A stretch of DNA of 64,000 nucleotides from Phoronis australis. Taxonomy: Eukaryota > Animalia > Phoronida. The notes under the pieces are model-generated. The model searched no databases and was not told the DNA's origin. It saw only the letters and a program-made list of their open reading frames with translations. How positions within the stretch are numbered: the first letter of the stretch is position 1; each line of letters begins with the position of its first letter. This document shows positions 48,525 to 60,900 of this stretch, piece by piece. The DNA lies in NCBI GenBank assembly GCA_002633005.1, contig NMRA01000825.1, positions 58,792 through 122,791 of the forward strand. The letters are read 5' to 3'. The position numbers and the translations under genes were made by a program.

Positions 48525-49072
48525 GTCGTAATTACGAGCGTAAATTAAATTGCAGGAGTGTCGCCGTACAATTACGCTCGTAAATTAAATGGGGAAAGTT
48601 TCGCCGTAAAATTACGCTCGTAATTACGAGCGTAAGTTAAATTGCAAAAGTGTTGCAGTAAAATTGCGCCCGTAAATTAAATGGGGGAAATGTCGCCGTA
48701 AATTACGCTCGTAAAATACCTTAACAACGTTCCAAATTTAAACCAATCAGTGATGACCTATCATACACGACTGTTGCTAGTCAGCTCGATCATGCACAAT
48801 CGCTGACATGGCAGCAGCGATTTGATCCGCCATCATTCAGCGCTCGTATCGTAGACATGAAATCCGTCAGTAAATAAGTATTTCCATGAGCGCGTGCGAT
48901 TGTGGATTGTAAAACCCAACATCATTGGCTAAGAGTTTGATATAAATTACGAGCGTAATTTTACGCCGTAATGAATTAAATTACGCGCGTAATTTTACGG
49001 CGTAAATAACGGCGTAATTTACACAATTACGCTCGTATTTTTCCGGCGACACTTTCTCCCCAACGGCCCATC
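48525..49072. mobile_element. Left-truncated copy of the TGATGGG/AATTACGCTCGTA MITE
   Basis: It ends GGCGACACTTTCTCCCCAACGGCCCATCA, matching the 1404-1956 TIR, and has the same sub-repeats. Confidence 0.7.
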
Positions 49073-51454
49073 ACAGGATATTCCGTGTGTCGTTCATCAC
49101 GTTTCCACGGGGCCACTTTTCAGTATAGGTGGCGCTGTGTCACAGAGTAATAAAGACCCTCTAAAATCAATCGCCAAGTGGCTGAAGGGTTTGGATGCTC
49201 GGCTCTCGCACGTGGTTCCCGAGTTCAACTCTCGGTGTACTCGGCAATGTCTCCGACGAGAATCTAAAGAATGATGTTTAAACTTCAACCATACTCATTC
49301 AATTTTGTTTGAGTATAGATCACGTAGGAATGCTGATGACAATTGTCTTATGATGGATGATGGTTTGAATGCTGCTCTTACCATTCAAATGGGACGCCGA
49401 TGATGCATCGTGGCAGAACGAGGATTGGTTGAAATCACCTGAACTGGGTGGAAAAGTTCTATTTAATATATGTTAATAAGCTAAACCCAGGTTTATTGCC
49501 CCTGCCGTAAAATGCATTATTAATGCATGTACGCCTCGTTGTATGAATAAACGACATCGGTTTTCAAAACTGCACGGATGTAGCAATCCACTTAATGGAT
49601 TCGTTGCATATACCTGATGTTATTTGTTGTATAATTATTTTGATCTGGTTTGTGCGCTTCGTTACAAAATCAACCAGTGAATTCATGATTACCCAAGCTT
49701 CCGATGGACGTGCAAACCATTCACCAAAGTTTGAGAAACGGTATTGTTTAGAGCGAATGGCTATTAGCACAATAGTCAAACAATGAGCGATATGCATGAA
49801 ACAGTGCAACCCCCGCTATAACGGAATGTTATCAGGGTGCTGTTAAACTCTTGAAGCTAGCCTTCACAATGTTAAAGCCATAGAACTCTAAGAACGATTT
49901 GCTTCATTTCCAATATTAAAAGAACAATACAGATAAAGTATCAGCTACGCTCCATGCTTTGATCAATTTCAAGGCTAAGTGGCCAGAATCAAAGCTTGGT
50001 TTCTTGATAAGAAGCACGGGTTCAATGGACCATGTGCTTTTAGAGTTACCTGTGTCAAACTACTTGTAGACTATTAATTTAGACTTTTTGCCCCAATAAT
50101 ATCGGTTTGGGTCTTCAGTTGAAGTGGGCGCGGGGAAATCTGTGATTGGACTGAAATGGTGAAATTTTAGAAGGGCTAGCCAATTCTACGGTTTTCTGAG
50201 GTATTTCCGATTTTGGTTTTACTCTTCTGTGCTCTGAATGTTTTTATGACAGAAAAGTCTTCAAACATAGTGAGTCTCTTATAGCAACAATAGGTGTAGC
50301 AAATTTCAAGTTTTAAGCTGTAAAGCCGTATCAAGCTAAAAGTGTAGGTCAAAATGGAACATCTTACTGACGACATCCAACTGAAGTTGAAATCATCAGT
50401 AGTGTCTCAAGAACAAGGTCGAGGATTGTGAACCACAGTGAGATTGTGAAACCATCACGATGGTATGTTTGGACTCTAGTATTCGAGTGATGATTTCTGT
50501 CATAACCCTTCCGGTTCTTCATTGCATTCTTTCGTTACGCGTTCCGAATATATCTTTGCTTTGGACTCTTTGGTACTGATTGGCGTTTACTGGTGACCAT
50601 TTTGGGGAGGAAGTCAGTTATGCCTTAGTGTTTTTGATTTAAAATTTGACTAAGTGCGTCTCCTAATTAGAAATGTTTTACCACAAATTTCAATACTGCC
50701 AGTTATTTTGATTTCGCAATTACAAATATTGGAAAGCACGTCTTTCGAAAAAGAATCATTAAACTCATATAATATGGTGACAAAGATTCACTATGCTTAT
50801 TGAGGATCTTTCAGACTTTCTTCATCAAGAATGTTTTAAAAATTTACATCAAGTCAATCCAATATTAATGTTACTTGGTAAATTGTGGGCATTAAAATTT
50901 TATAAAATTAAAGTGAATCATTAGATTAACAAATGAAGTTTGTTCTAATTGTCTTTTAAAATTAGAATTGAAGCTGACACATGTTGTCGTTATTAGCATC
51001 CAAAAACAACATCCACAAATTTTAGAATATTTCGATTTTATTACAATGTTACCTTGGTATTCTTTTTAAATGAAAATTTATTTTGAAAAGAAAATCTATT
51101 GCATTGCCAACAAAAAATCAAAAAGGAGGTGATCCTTAAATCTCCTGGCTCTTTGTTCGTCCATCCCTCTGCTTCACAGGCTATGCTCCCTGAACTTGAT
51201 GTAATCCGTCTCGATGCTCCTCCATTTGATACCCCCCTCCTTCCCCAAACCGATTTTCCACAAGCCTGCCAATCCCTTGACCGTTAACTCAGTTTATGTG
51301 TGACCTCTTGGTTTGCATCAGGTGGTTGAGCCTACGTGGCAAAAACGATACCCTTTAGCGGGGACTGAAATGAATGGTTTCCTGGGCACTTTCTAATGAG
51401 CGCGATGGTAAATCCAAAATTAAAATGAGTTTTAACCGGTGGTGACCCTTTAGC

Positions 51455-51748
51455 AATGCGCAGGAGTCATTGCTCCTCTGCACCCCGTGATGGGTTTATT
51501 ACTATATGTATTACTCACCAAAGTGCAGGAGTCATTGCTCCTCTGCACCCCGTGATGGGTTTATTACTATATGTATTACTCACCAAAGTGCAGGGGTCAT
51601 TGCTCCTCTGCTCTCCGTGATAGATTTTTAGCAATGTGCAGGAGTCATTGCTCCTCTGCACCCCGTGATAGATTTTTAGCAATGTGCAGGAGTCATTGTT
51701 CCTCTGCACTCCGTGATAGATTTTTTAGCAATGTACAGGAGTCATTGT
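51455..51748. repeat. Composite minisatellite (65-bp x2, then 48-bp x3)
   Basis: Shared core GCAGGAGTCATTGCTCCTCTGCACCCCGTGAT with two different spacers. Confidence 0.88.
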
Positions 51749-52880
51749 TTAGGCCTACACGGACAATTGCAGATTGATTCTGTTAACTTTAGGCCTACAT
51801 GGACAATTGTAGATTGATTCTGTTAACTTAAGACCTACATGGTCAATTGTAGATTGATTTTGTTAACTTTAGGACTACATGGACAATTGTAGATTGATTC
51901 TGTTAACTTTAGGCCTACATGGTCAATTTTAGATTGATCCTGTTAAATTTAGGACTACATGGGCAAAAGCAGATTGATACTGTTAACTTTAGACCTACAT
52001 GGGCAATTGTAGATTGATTCTGTTAACTTTAGGCCTACATGGACAATTGTAGATTGATTCTGTTAACTTTAGGCCTACATGGTCAATTTTAGATTGATCC
52101 TGTTAAATTTAGGACTACATGAGCAAATGTGAATTGATTCTGTTAACTTTAGGCCTACATGGTCAATTTTAGATTGATCCTGTTAAATTTAGGACTACAT
52201 GAGCAAATGTGAATTGATTCTGTTAACTTTAGGCCTACATGGACAATTGTAGATTGATTCTGTTAACTTTAGGCCTACATGGTCAATTGTAGATTGATCC
52301 TGTTAAATTTAGGACTACATGAGCAAATGTGAATTGATTCTGTTAACTTTAGGCCTACATGGACAATTGTAGATTGATTCTGTTAACTTTAGGCCTACAT
52401 GGACAATTGTAGATTGATTCTGTTAACTTTAGGCCTACATGGACAATTGTAGATTGATTCTGTTAACTTTAGGCCTACATGGTCAATTTTAGATTGATCC
52501 TGTTAAATTTAGGACTACATGAGCAAATGTGAATTGATTCTGTTAACTTTAGGCCTACATGGACAATTGTAGATTGATTCTGTTAACTTTAGGCCTACAT
52601 GGACAATTGTAGATTGATTCTGTTAACTTTAGGCCTACATGGACAATTGTAGATTGATTCTGTTAACTTTAGGCCTACATGGACAATTGTAGATTGATTC
52701 TGTTAACTTTAGGCCTACATGGACAATTGTAGATTGATTCTGTTAACTTTAGGCCTACATGGACAATTGTAGATTGTTTCTGTTAACTTTAGGCCTACAT
52801 GGACAATTGTAGATTATTTCTGTTAACTTTAGGCCTACATGGACAATTGTAGATTGTTTCTGTTAACTTTAGGCCTACAC
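51749..52880. repeat. 40-bp satellite x about 28
   Basis: Unit AGGCCTACATGGACAATTGTAGATTGATTCTGTTAACTTT. Confidence 0.97.
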
Positions 52881-53169
52881 GTACCTTTGTGTGACAAGAA
52901 GTATAGTAAAATGATGTGTGAGTTTTCTCTAGTGCGTGATATTTTTTATCTACTTGCAGTTTTAAGTTGTTGTGACATCGAAATGTAATAAGCTAGGAAC
53001 ATAGTATTTACGAAAATGGAAAATCCATTAAATGTTAATTAAGCGGAATTTCGAAAAGGCACGTTCAAACTTGCCGAAGGTAACAACAACTTGATTTCTG
53101 GATTCTTTTTCTTGGTGTACTCGACATAGTAGTAGTACTACCATTAATAATAAATACACTTTTAACTGT

Positions 53170-53500
53170 TTTAATGACATTAATGCTTATGATGCTTAAT
53201 AACAATAACTATAGCAATAAAAATAACAATAATAATAATTATTATGATAATAATAAAATGGTAATAATAGTAATGATGATGGTAATGGTTGCGGTTATTG
53301 TTTTTGTTACTTATATTGTAAGTTATTATAGTAATAATTGTGAGAATAATATCAGTAATAATTGTGATAATGATAATAGCTATGTTGATAGTGACATTGG
53401 AAGAGACAACGGTATTGAATTAGTGGAAACATCAACCGTAATAATCTTAATAGCGTTATTATGGCTACAATACAGTTAAAACTATGATTATATTTCTATT
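53170..53500. repeat. AAT/GAT low-complexity tract
   Basis: Degenerate (AAT)n/(GAT)n; it resumes at 56150-56400 on the other side of the 53508-56145 insertion. Confidence 0.75.
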
Positions 53501-53507
53501 TTTATAG

Positions 53508-56145
53508 CAGCGCTCGATTTGGCGACCTGCAGGTCGCCAGTGCGACCTCAGATTGTGTTTGGCGACCTGGCGCCACGAGGTAGACACTGCGAGCATCAAA
53601 ATTAGACAATAATTCCCTAGACATTCGTTTCAAGGTACTAACAGTTTTCCTAGATGTATTATCTTTATTTCACAATTGTTCCGTTCATTTCTTGAACTCA
53701 ATTGGCACCACGTTTACATTACAACATGAAGTAAACAGACAGAAGCAGGAAATTTTCGACAAAAATCGTGTAAGATCGCCACTTATTCATACATTCCTCT
53801 GCGTCCTATGGTCGTTTGTCGTTCGTCAGCAGGAGGAATTATTGTGTTAGAGAATGAACGTTCGTAGATTTAGGAAGATTTTAGAGGAGTGCAAGGGGCG
53901 TGATTGACCTATCGCAAGCTCCGCCCCTATGCGAAAAGTCACGTGATACCCGACATTCGAACGAGATGTCAGAGGCAAATACACTGTCGCTAAACGACGT
54001 TCCTGGTGGAATCGATGAGTGTTTTTGCACTATTTGAAAACGCGTCGGCAGAGACAAGAGGCGATGCTTTTCACTAGTGAATCGTACGTTCATGATATGG
54101 GAATTTATAAAGGTGACGATGAAAAAATAAGAGCTCGAGGAGCCAGCGAAAATCCGAAGGACCCCTCGGCCTCGGGGCCACCTTCACCTGACAAATGACA
54201 AGGCCACTGACACGATATGTTCGTGTAAAGCTGGGTATGTACCTTAAAGTAAAATTATCTGTACGATTCCATAGATTTCATGATCTTTCGAATAAAATCA
54301 GTGGAGATTCACCGATATTTTTATTCTGTCGTCTGCTAAATTTCGCCAAATGAAAAGTAGGTCACAACTGGTGGGACTCCTGGAGTAAAGTAGGTCATAG
54401 ATTACAGACAACACATGCACTATAGTCTCTGACTAGGTCGACTCGATAGCACTGTTTACGCTTTTCTAATCTTGTAACGAAATATTTTGATAAAAAAATT
54501 CAGGTTCATAGCTCAGGTACACACTCATCTCGTCCTGGCCAAACAGTTAGCTCCGGTAGGTCTAGGGCTGTGTCTAAGTAAAATTAATGTCTGGAATTCA
54601 GTGGCGGATCTAGGATACCACAGGGGGGCCCAACATATGTTGCCTCGTGGAATTGGGCAAAGTGCGATTGTATGTGCACAGGCGGCCCGAAAGTTGCAGG
54701 GGCCAGGGATGTAGACCGTTGGACCTTCTGTTCAGAAAATCTATCGGTGGACTAAAAAAAAAAGAAACACGATTCCGCCGCGATCTGGGGTCTGAGCCCC
54801 CCCCTCTTCCGCTACCGGTCCTAGTTATTGAACTCAATATTTCCTCACACTCTTGCCGTTTCATTTTGCTTGCGGCAGCCAAGGGGGGGGGGGCTGGGGC
54901 CTCTGCCACCCCCCTAAATCCGCCTATGGAATTTGCACCATTAAGACATTTAAATTAGGCCTACCTTCTTATGAACTTGGCATTTTTTTTTGTAGTTTTA
55001 TTTCATAAAGGTAGCTTTCATTTAGTTTTGAAGGTAGCGTGATCACTAAGTCGTGGTATGGTTACAAAAGATTACAAGTCAGGTGTGGTAGTTGCCAAAA
55101 TAGGGTATTTACAAAAATAACTCAAATTCTTTTTAAAGCTTCATAAATCTAAATATCATGTTTGAACAACTTCAAAATAATCTCTCTCTAACTCTACGGA
55201 CATAGTGTACATTAGAGGTACACGTCAAAAAGTAATTCAACAGTTTACTTTTAGTGATAACAGCTCGACCAAGGCTTTGAGTTCCGGCAGTAATCCAGTG
55301 CCCTTCCCTGTGCCGATCGAATCTCTGAATTTTGACCGGGAGAGAAGTTCAGTTGAACGCCAGCCTACGGTTTATGAATAACAAAAATGTATCTCTGATA
55401 CGAAACAAAATGATGTCCATTAGGTTGAAATAAATAAAAAAACATAAAATAAAAATGTCCTTGAAAACAACAATTTCCAGGGACTACCGCTAGTGTGCTG
55501 ATATCCAGCAGGTGCCGAGACAAAGGCGGCCAGACGTAGGAAACTCGGGAGTCAAAATCTGAGATAGCCCTGCACCATAGCCACCAAGCTGAAAAGTGCG
55601 TAACTTGGAACTAATATATTTGTGTTTATTATAGCCTTCGAGTTGTCAAGCAACATCGCTAAGTTCAGCTGCTCGTGTGGCCGTACAGTTTGATCCATAG
55701 TTTACGCTTTTCAACATCATTTTTCCGCTTAGGACATGCCAAAAATGACGGGATATTATTCTGGAGCAGCATAATGGCTGTCGGTGCTACACACGCCATT
55801 TCAACACCGTTTCCCCATTCTTAGCGGACAATTTCTTAAGCTATAGACTAAAGTAAGTTTTACTCGACTACGTGTGGTTTGTCGGGTAAACTGGCGGCTT
55901 GGAAACGCAGACGAAGGTGTGCCAAGAATGCTGCGTTCTGATTGGTCAATTAAGCCGTCCGTCATAATCCTGGCGATAGGTCAATTATCGTTACAAGGCG
56001 TACGAAAGTTTACGCCGCATAGGAAAATAGGAATCAGACACGCGGAATATTTTCGGTTTTGGCGACCTCAGATTTCGTTTGGCCACCTAAGATTTTTGTC
56101 AGGTCGCCAAATGCGACTTGGCGTTTAGCTAAGCGTCGAGCGCTG
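53508..56145. mobile_element. About 2.6-kb non-autonomous DNA transposon (hAT-like ends)
   Basis: TIR CAGCGCTCGA...TCGAGCGCTG with repeated subterminal TTGGCGACCT motifs at both ends. I saw no transposase ORF and no clear TSD. Confidence 0.7.
54599..54928. mobile_element. Nested CAGTGGCGGATCTAG MITE
   Basis: CAGTGGCGGATCTAGG ... CCTAAATCCGCCTATG, with GAATT on both flanks. Confidence 0.65.
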
Positions 56146-56149
56146 TATA

Positions 56150-56400
56150 CTTATGATACTGAAACAATAAGCATAATGAAATAATACTAATAATCAAAGC
56201 GATAGTGACAGTAAGAGTAATAATTATGATGATGATAGCGATGGTGATAGTAATGGCGAAGGCAATGGCGATGGTTATAGGAATGGCCATGGCTATGTCG
56301 ATGGTTATAGGGATGGCCATGGCGATGTCGATGGTTATAGGGATGGCGATGGTGATAGTAACGGCGAAGGCAATGGCGATGGTTATAGAGATGGTGAAGG
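56150..56400. repeat. GAT/ATGGCG low-complexity repeat
   Basis: (ATGGCGATGGTTATAG)-like repeats explain the low-complexity ORFs at 56129-56558. Confidence 0.8.
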
Positions 56401-56606
56401 TGCAATTAACAACATCCTGCTCATTCAACTACCACATTTTCTGCGCAATTTTTACATTGTTAGAAGAGTTGGGCGAATTTTCTAGGTCAGTATTAAACGT
56501 TGTAAACATAAATTTAGCTTTGCCAGGTTTGAACGTGAAGTTGGATGCAAGTTATTAATCGCTCCGACAGGTGGTGTAATAGTCAAGAACTGATTTTGGT
56601 CTAATT

Positions 56607-57637
56607 TAGTTGGAGAGCCAGCAGGATTTTATTCATACCTTTGAATGCAAAAGGTTTGAGCCGGTGTGTAATACTTTTGTATATAAACTACCATTGAAGA
56701 AAAGAGGCGTATTCACTTGCACAATCCTGGACTTTGGTCCCTGGGAGGTCCAAAAAGGACCCAAAATTCCATTTAATTAAAATTTCGAGTTATTATCCAT
56801 AGTAGTAAGCAAAACTTATATTTCATCTTTTATACGAGTTTATTTTGCGGGTCTTTGTTTCCTTTAAGTCTAAACACCTCCCGTCTTGTCTGCAAACCTC
56901 AGAAAAAATCGCGTTTTAAGCTTCAGTGGATATTGTGTCCAGAGTTACTGAACTATATTTTGGTAAAAAGAATTTTTATTGCATCTTACAGTTTAAATAA
57001 ATCGTTGATTGACCGTTAATTAATAAGTGTCTTGATTAATAATACAAAAATTTTCTGTGTCATAAGTTGTATGTTTGCTCATTTGAAATAATGTTTTATC
57101 CATAGTGGTAATCAAAAGTTTAGTATTTCCTCGTTTATAAAAGTTCAGTTTTGGGGGTCTTGATATCCCTTGTGGTCCAAACCCTCACGTCTTATCTGCA
57201 AATCCCAGAAAAAATCGCGTCTTAAGTTGTGTACACAGTTTCCAGAGTTTTAAACTATCTTTTGGAAAAGAATTTTTGATGCGCTTCATAAGTTTGAATA
57301 AAGCTTTAATTGTTTGTTAATTATTTGACGTCTAAATAAGTAACCCCAGGCATTATTGCCTATTATGTTGCATCATTATAATTTGAGTGGTGGTTTGAAT
57401 GAAATGAACTTAAATTACGGATTTTGAACTCAAAATTTTAATTAAATGGATTTTGGGTCCTATTTTGGACCCTCCCCCAGAGACCTTTGGACCTTCCCCC
57501 CTAGAGACCAAAGCCCAAGATTGTGCAACTTAAGACGCCCCTTTCCTTCAGTGGTAGTTTATATACAATAGAAGTACGCACTCAAACCTTTTGCACTCAA
57601 AAGTGTGAATAAAGTCCCGCTGACTTTCTATCTAACT
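56607..57637. mobile_element. About 1-kb foldback/MITE with about 190-bp TIRs and an internal direct repeat
   Basis: 56607-56792 is inverted at 57427-57637 (TGCAAAAGGTTTGAG, TGTATATAAACTACCA, TTGCACAATC, GGACCCAAAA, CCATTTAATTAAAATT). Internally, 56790-57040 matches 57095-57340. Confidence 0.8.
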
Positions 57638-57723
57638 TAACAAGTGTATTGCTTATCATTTTTCACGTCGTTTCCGCCTGAACAAACTAAATGACAGCAC
57701 GCAAAGAAAATCTTGGACATGCG

Positions 57724-57783
57724 ATTGGTTGAAACCATGTCAATCAGTTGATCAGCGATTCCTTTCGAGGATTTCAGTATAAA
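57724..57783 (+). promoter_or_regulatory. Candidate TATA/CCAAT promoter of the PAN-TLDc gene
   Basis: TATAAA at 57778-57783 and inverted CCAAT (ATTGG) at 57724, about 110-190 nt upstream of the ATGs. Confidence 0.45.
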
Positions 57784-57916
57784 TGACGAGAGTTTCGTAG
57801 TATATGTCCCATACAAACATCGCGACGAGTCAATAGTCACGCGACTTCGGCATACTTAAAACGTTTAGTGTCAGGCTGAAAAGGCAATACTGGCAATGCT
57901 TTTCGTTCAGAACTCT

Positions 57917-60900
57917 ATGTTTAACGTCGTTAGCGTTGTTTCTGTGTTACTCGTGTTGTTTTTTGCCCAGGTCGAAGGCCAGAAAAATGGTGTGAGTTAC
58001 GGCAACGGCGCTGAGAACACGCGCGTGGAATGCTCAAACACCGCTGTAGTCCCGTACCCTGTCCGCTTTTCGTTCAAATGTGCTGCAGAATGTTCTCGCG
58101 ATGAATCGTGCGATGCGTTCGCATTTCACGAGTGTGGTAAGCTCTGTCACAAATACTGTATTGACGACTATTCCCCAGGATCGTTGATGACTGCAAATGG
58201 TTGGATGTACTATAAAAAAGAGTCTAACAACACAGGAAGTTGTACAACTGTGCCAGGTAAATAGTTTATCCGATTTACAGGTAACCTTTTTTGCCTAGAT
58301 CAACCTCAATAGGTGTGATATGGCCCGTCCATTTGCCTACAGGCGCATGTTTGAAGTACTGTAGAGCGTTTGCAGGAAGAAAATGGCTAAAGAGTTTCTG
58401 TTAAACATGTAAGCAAGTACGTCTTATGCGATAGGTGATTTTTTCATTCTCAGTTTCTTTTTATTTAATTTGAATATCAGTTTGAAAACATACCAACAAA
58501 TAACTCAGCCACGCTCAGATTGTGTCATTTCGATGGAGGTGCCGCTTTAATCACTGGAACACTGGGATATAATTTAAACAGAAACAACACTTAAAGCACT
58601 AAATTGTCCTTTCAAAGGTACTCTTCCCGGTTACAATGTCTCTAACTGAACCAAAGCATTATGAGCAATGCAGCTTACCAAATGTTCTTAAGCCCCGTTT
58701 ACATGCAGAACTTTTACAAACGTACGTGAATATACACCATACCCAAATCTGAGCCCGGATTTAAATGGTAATTTACATCGCGTTGGTATGGGGGGAAAGA
58801 AAAGCAATATTTGCGCTTATCAGTACTCTATAAACTTCGCAGCGAAACCGACACAAGCAACTTCCTTTAGTAACGAAAATATTCTTTTAGAACATCTGCC
58901 TTAAATCTGGTTAGCTCTGAGGCTGGGGTAAAGATTCACACGGAATTGCTTTCGGAACTATCTCGCAAGTACATGTATGAACGTATAAAGAAAGATCGAT
59001 AGACTGGTTGCAAAAAATATTTAATAATGTAAATTTCAAAGGCGAAGGCTAGTTTAAAAAATTTCTGATGGCAGATGCCCTACTATAAGGCCTACTCATT
59101 TTGCTAAGTATTCCTCGAACGTATTACAAACGTATAAGACAATCAACGTTTGGAGACAAGCTGTAATGAATGCGTACGTGTATATGACTAACCGCACTGT
59201 TGGTAGCGTGGCCGAGGTAGAAAGCAAATATTTCCTGCGAACGTAGAGTTAGCACAGTTACAGTCCATTACTTGATGGTTTATGCTAAGCCCAGTTTCAT
59301 CAAGGCCATCACTTGAATGATAAATTTGGGATTTCTCAAATTCGACAGTTTAGTAGAGATATCGATAGAGGAAGCATGTCAACGAGCGCGTCTGAAATGT
59401 TCGCGTTTTTTGTTTCAACAACATGGTTACACCATTCGATTTTTTGGGTGTGTGATTACTGCGCTTATATCATTGATGACGTAAACACAAAACGCCAAGT
59501 CACGTTCATGACATGCTGCGTTTTGGAAATTCAGCGTTCAAAGTGAGGAACGAACTTGGCAAAATGAACCTAAAAGCTTAATTTTGTCCATGACAAAGTT
59601 ATTAGTATGCCTATTACACCTCTTAGGGATGCACTAAAAAGTACACAGGCTAATGTAATTTTAGAAATGTTCAACTCTTACTGGTGTCAGTTAATTTGTA
59701 AAATTTTTCATGAACTGATCTAGTGATAAGATTGTGTCCGACATGTTGGGACTCTCTGTAGGCTGACCGGCTGATAAATGTTTTTTCGGGTTCCTGTTAC
59801 CTTCAGTTGCTTTTTCGGTTGTATTTCAGACATAGATTCAAAGCTGCTAACTTCAGACCACCTGACTCTGTTATCTAAGTGGTTACCAAGTAAAGTATTT
59901 AGGCTCCTTTACCGGGCCACCAGAGACGGTATGTCGGCGTCAGCATTCCACGATAAGTGTGACTTTAAAGGAGCCACAATCTCTATCGGAAAATATGATG
60001 GAGGTAATGGCACTATTGGCGGTTATGCCTCCAAGTCCTGGGATAACTCTAATAATTTCAAGAATGATACCTATGCATTCGTATTTCGGTTGTGTGGTGA
60101 TGGATGCTCGTCAGTCAGGTACAACCAGTACCAGTTCCATCAATACGCACTGTTCTCTGTTACATACATGGGCCCAACCTTTGGTTGTGGTTACGACTTG
60201 AATTTCTTTACCAGAACAATTCATTACGACAACTCTAACAAGTATTTCTTGTCTGATGGTTACTGCAAGGGTCTATACACTTACAACGGTGACCTTGGCT
60301 GTGGAAGAAACGTTAAGTGGACAGACGTTGAGGTGTGGAATGTCGTTGGTAAGACTTGCTCTTCGCTTCGAAATGAACTGGTCTTTGGGTCCAATGTCTA
60401 TTATGTGACGTGCAAGCAAAATATGATTATTTACTCAAACCGTGTTTTAAAGCAAATCTATTTTATAATTATTGTATCGCCGGATCAGTGTAGCAAAATG
60501 CCAGGCACTCAGAAAGTCGACTGAGCGAATAGAAATGATTCAAACCGATGTTGTGTTTGTGTGATATTTTTCAGCATAACATACTTGCTGCGTCTCTTTT
60601 TAATTAGTCCACTCTGTGCCGAATATTTTGCGTTTTGAGTAGTTGTCAGTGCAATTTATAGCTCGTAACGCATTACCGTAGGACTAGAATAAAGCGCTAA
60701 GTTAATCCAAAAACAACCAATGGTTATCCCTGGGTCGAAAATAATAAAAGTATTTCTTATTTGTCTTTAGGACTGAACAACAATTACGAAAGCCAGAATA
60801 TTAAATCAAATTCACTAACTATTTCTCAATGGCCTCTGGTGACCAAATATGATGTTCAAACACCCTGTGTCCATTGTAAGGGTGTCCTGCACGTGCGTTT

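Noticed and set aside
51749-52880. Regular 40-bp repeats resembling a CRISPR array (also the 28-40 bp intronic arrays)
   Set aside because: Units are contiguous with no unique spacers, there are no cas genes, and the context is eukaryotic.
53174-56558. Asn-, His- or Met/Ile-rich ORFs (53174, 56129, 56187, 56205)
   Set aside because: Translations of trinucleotide-type low-complexity DNA.
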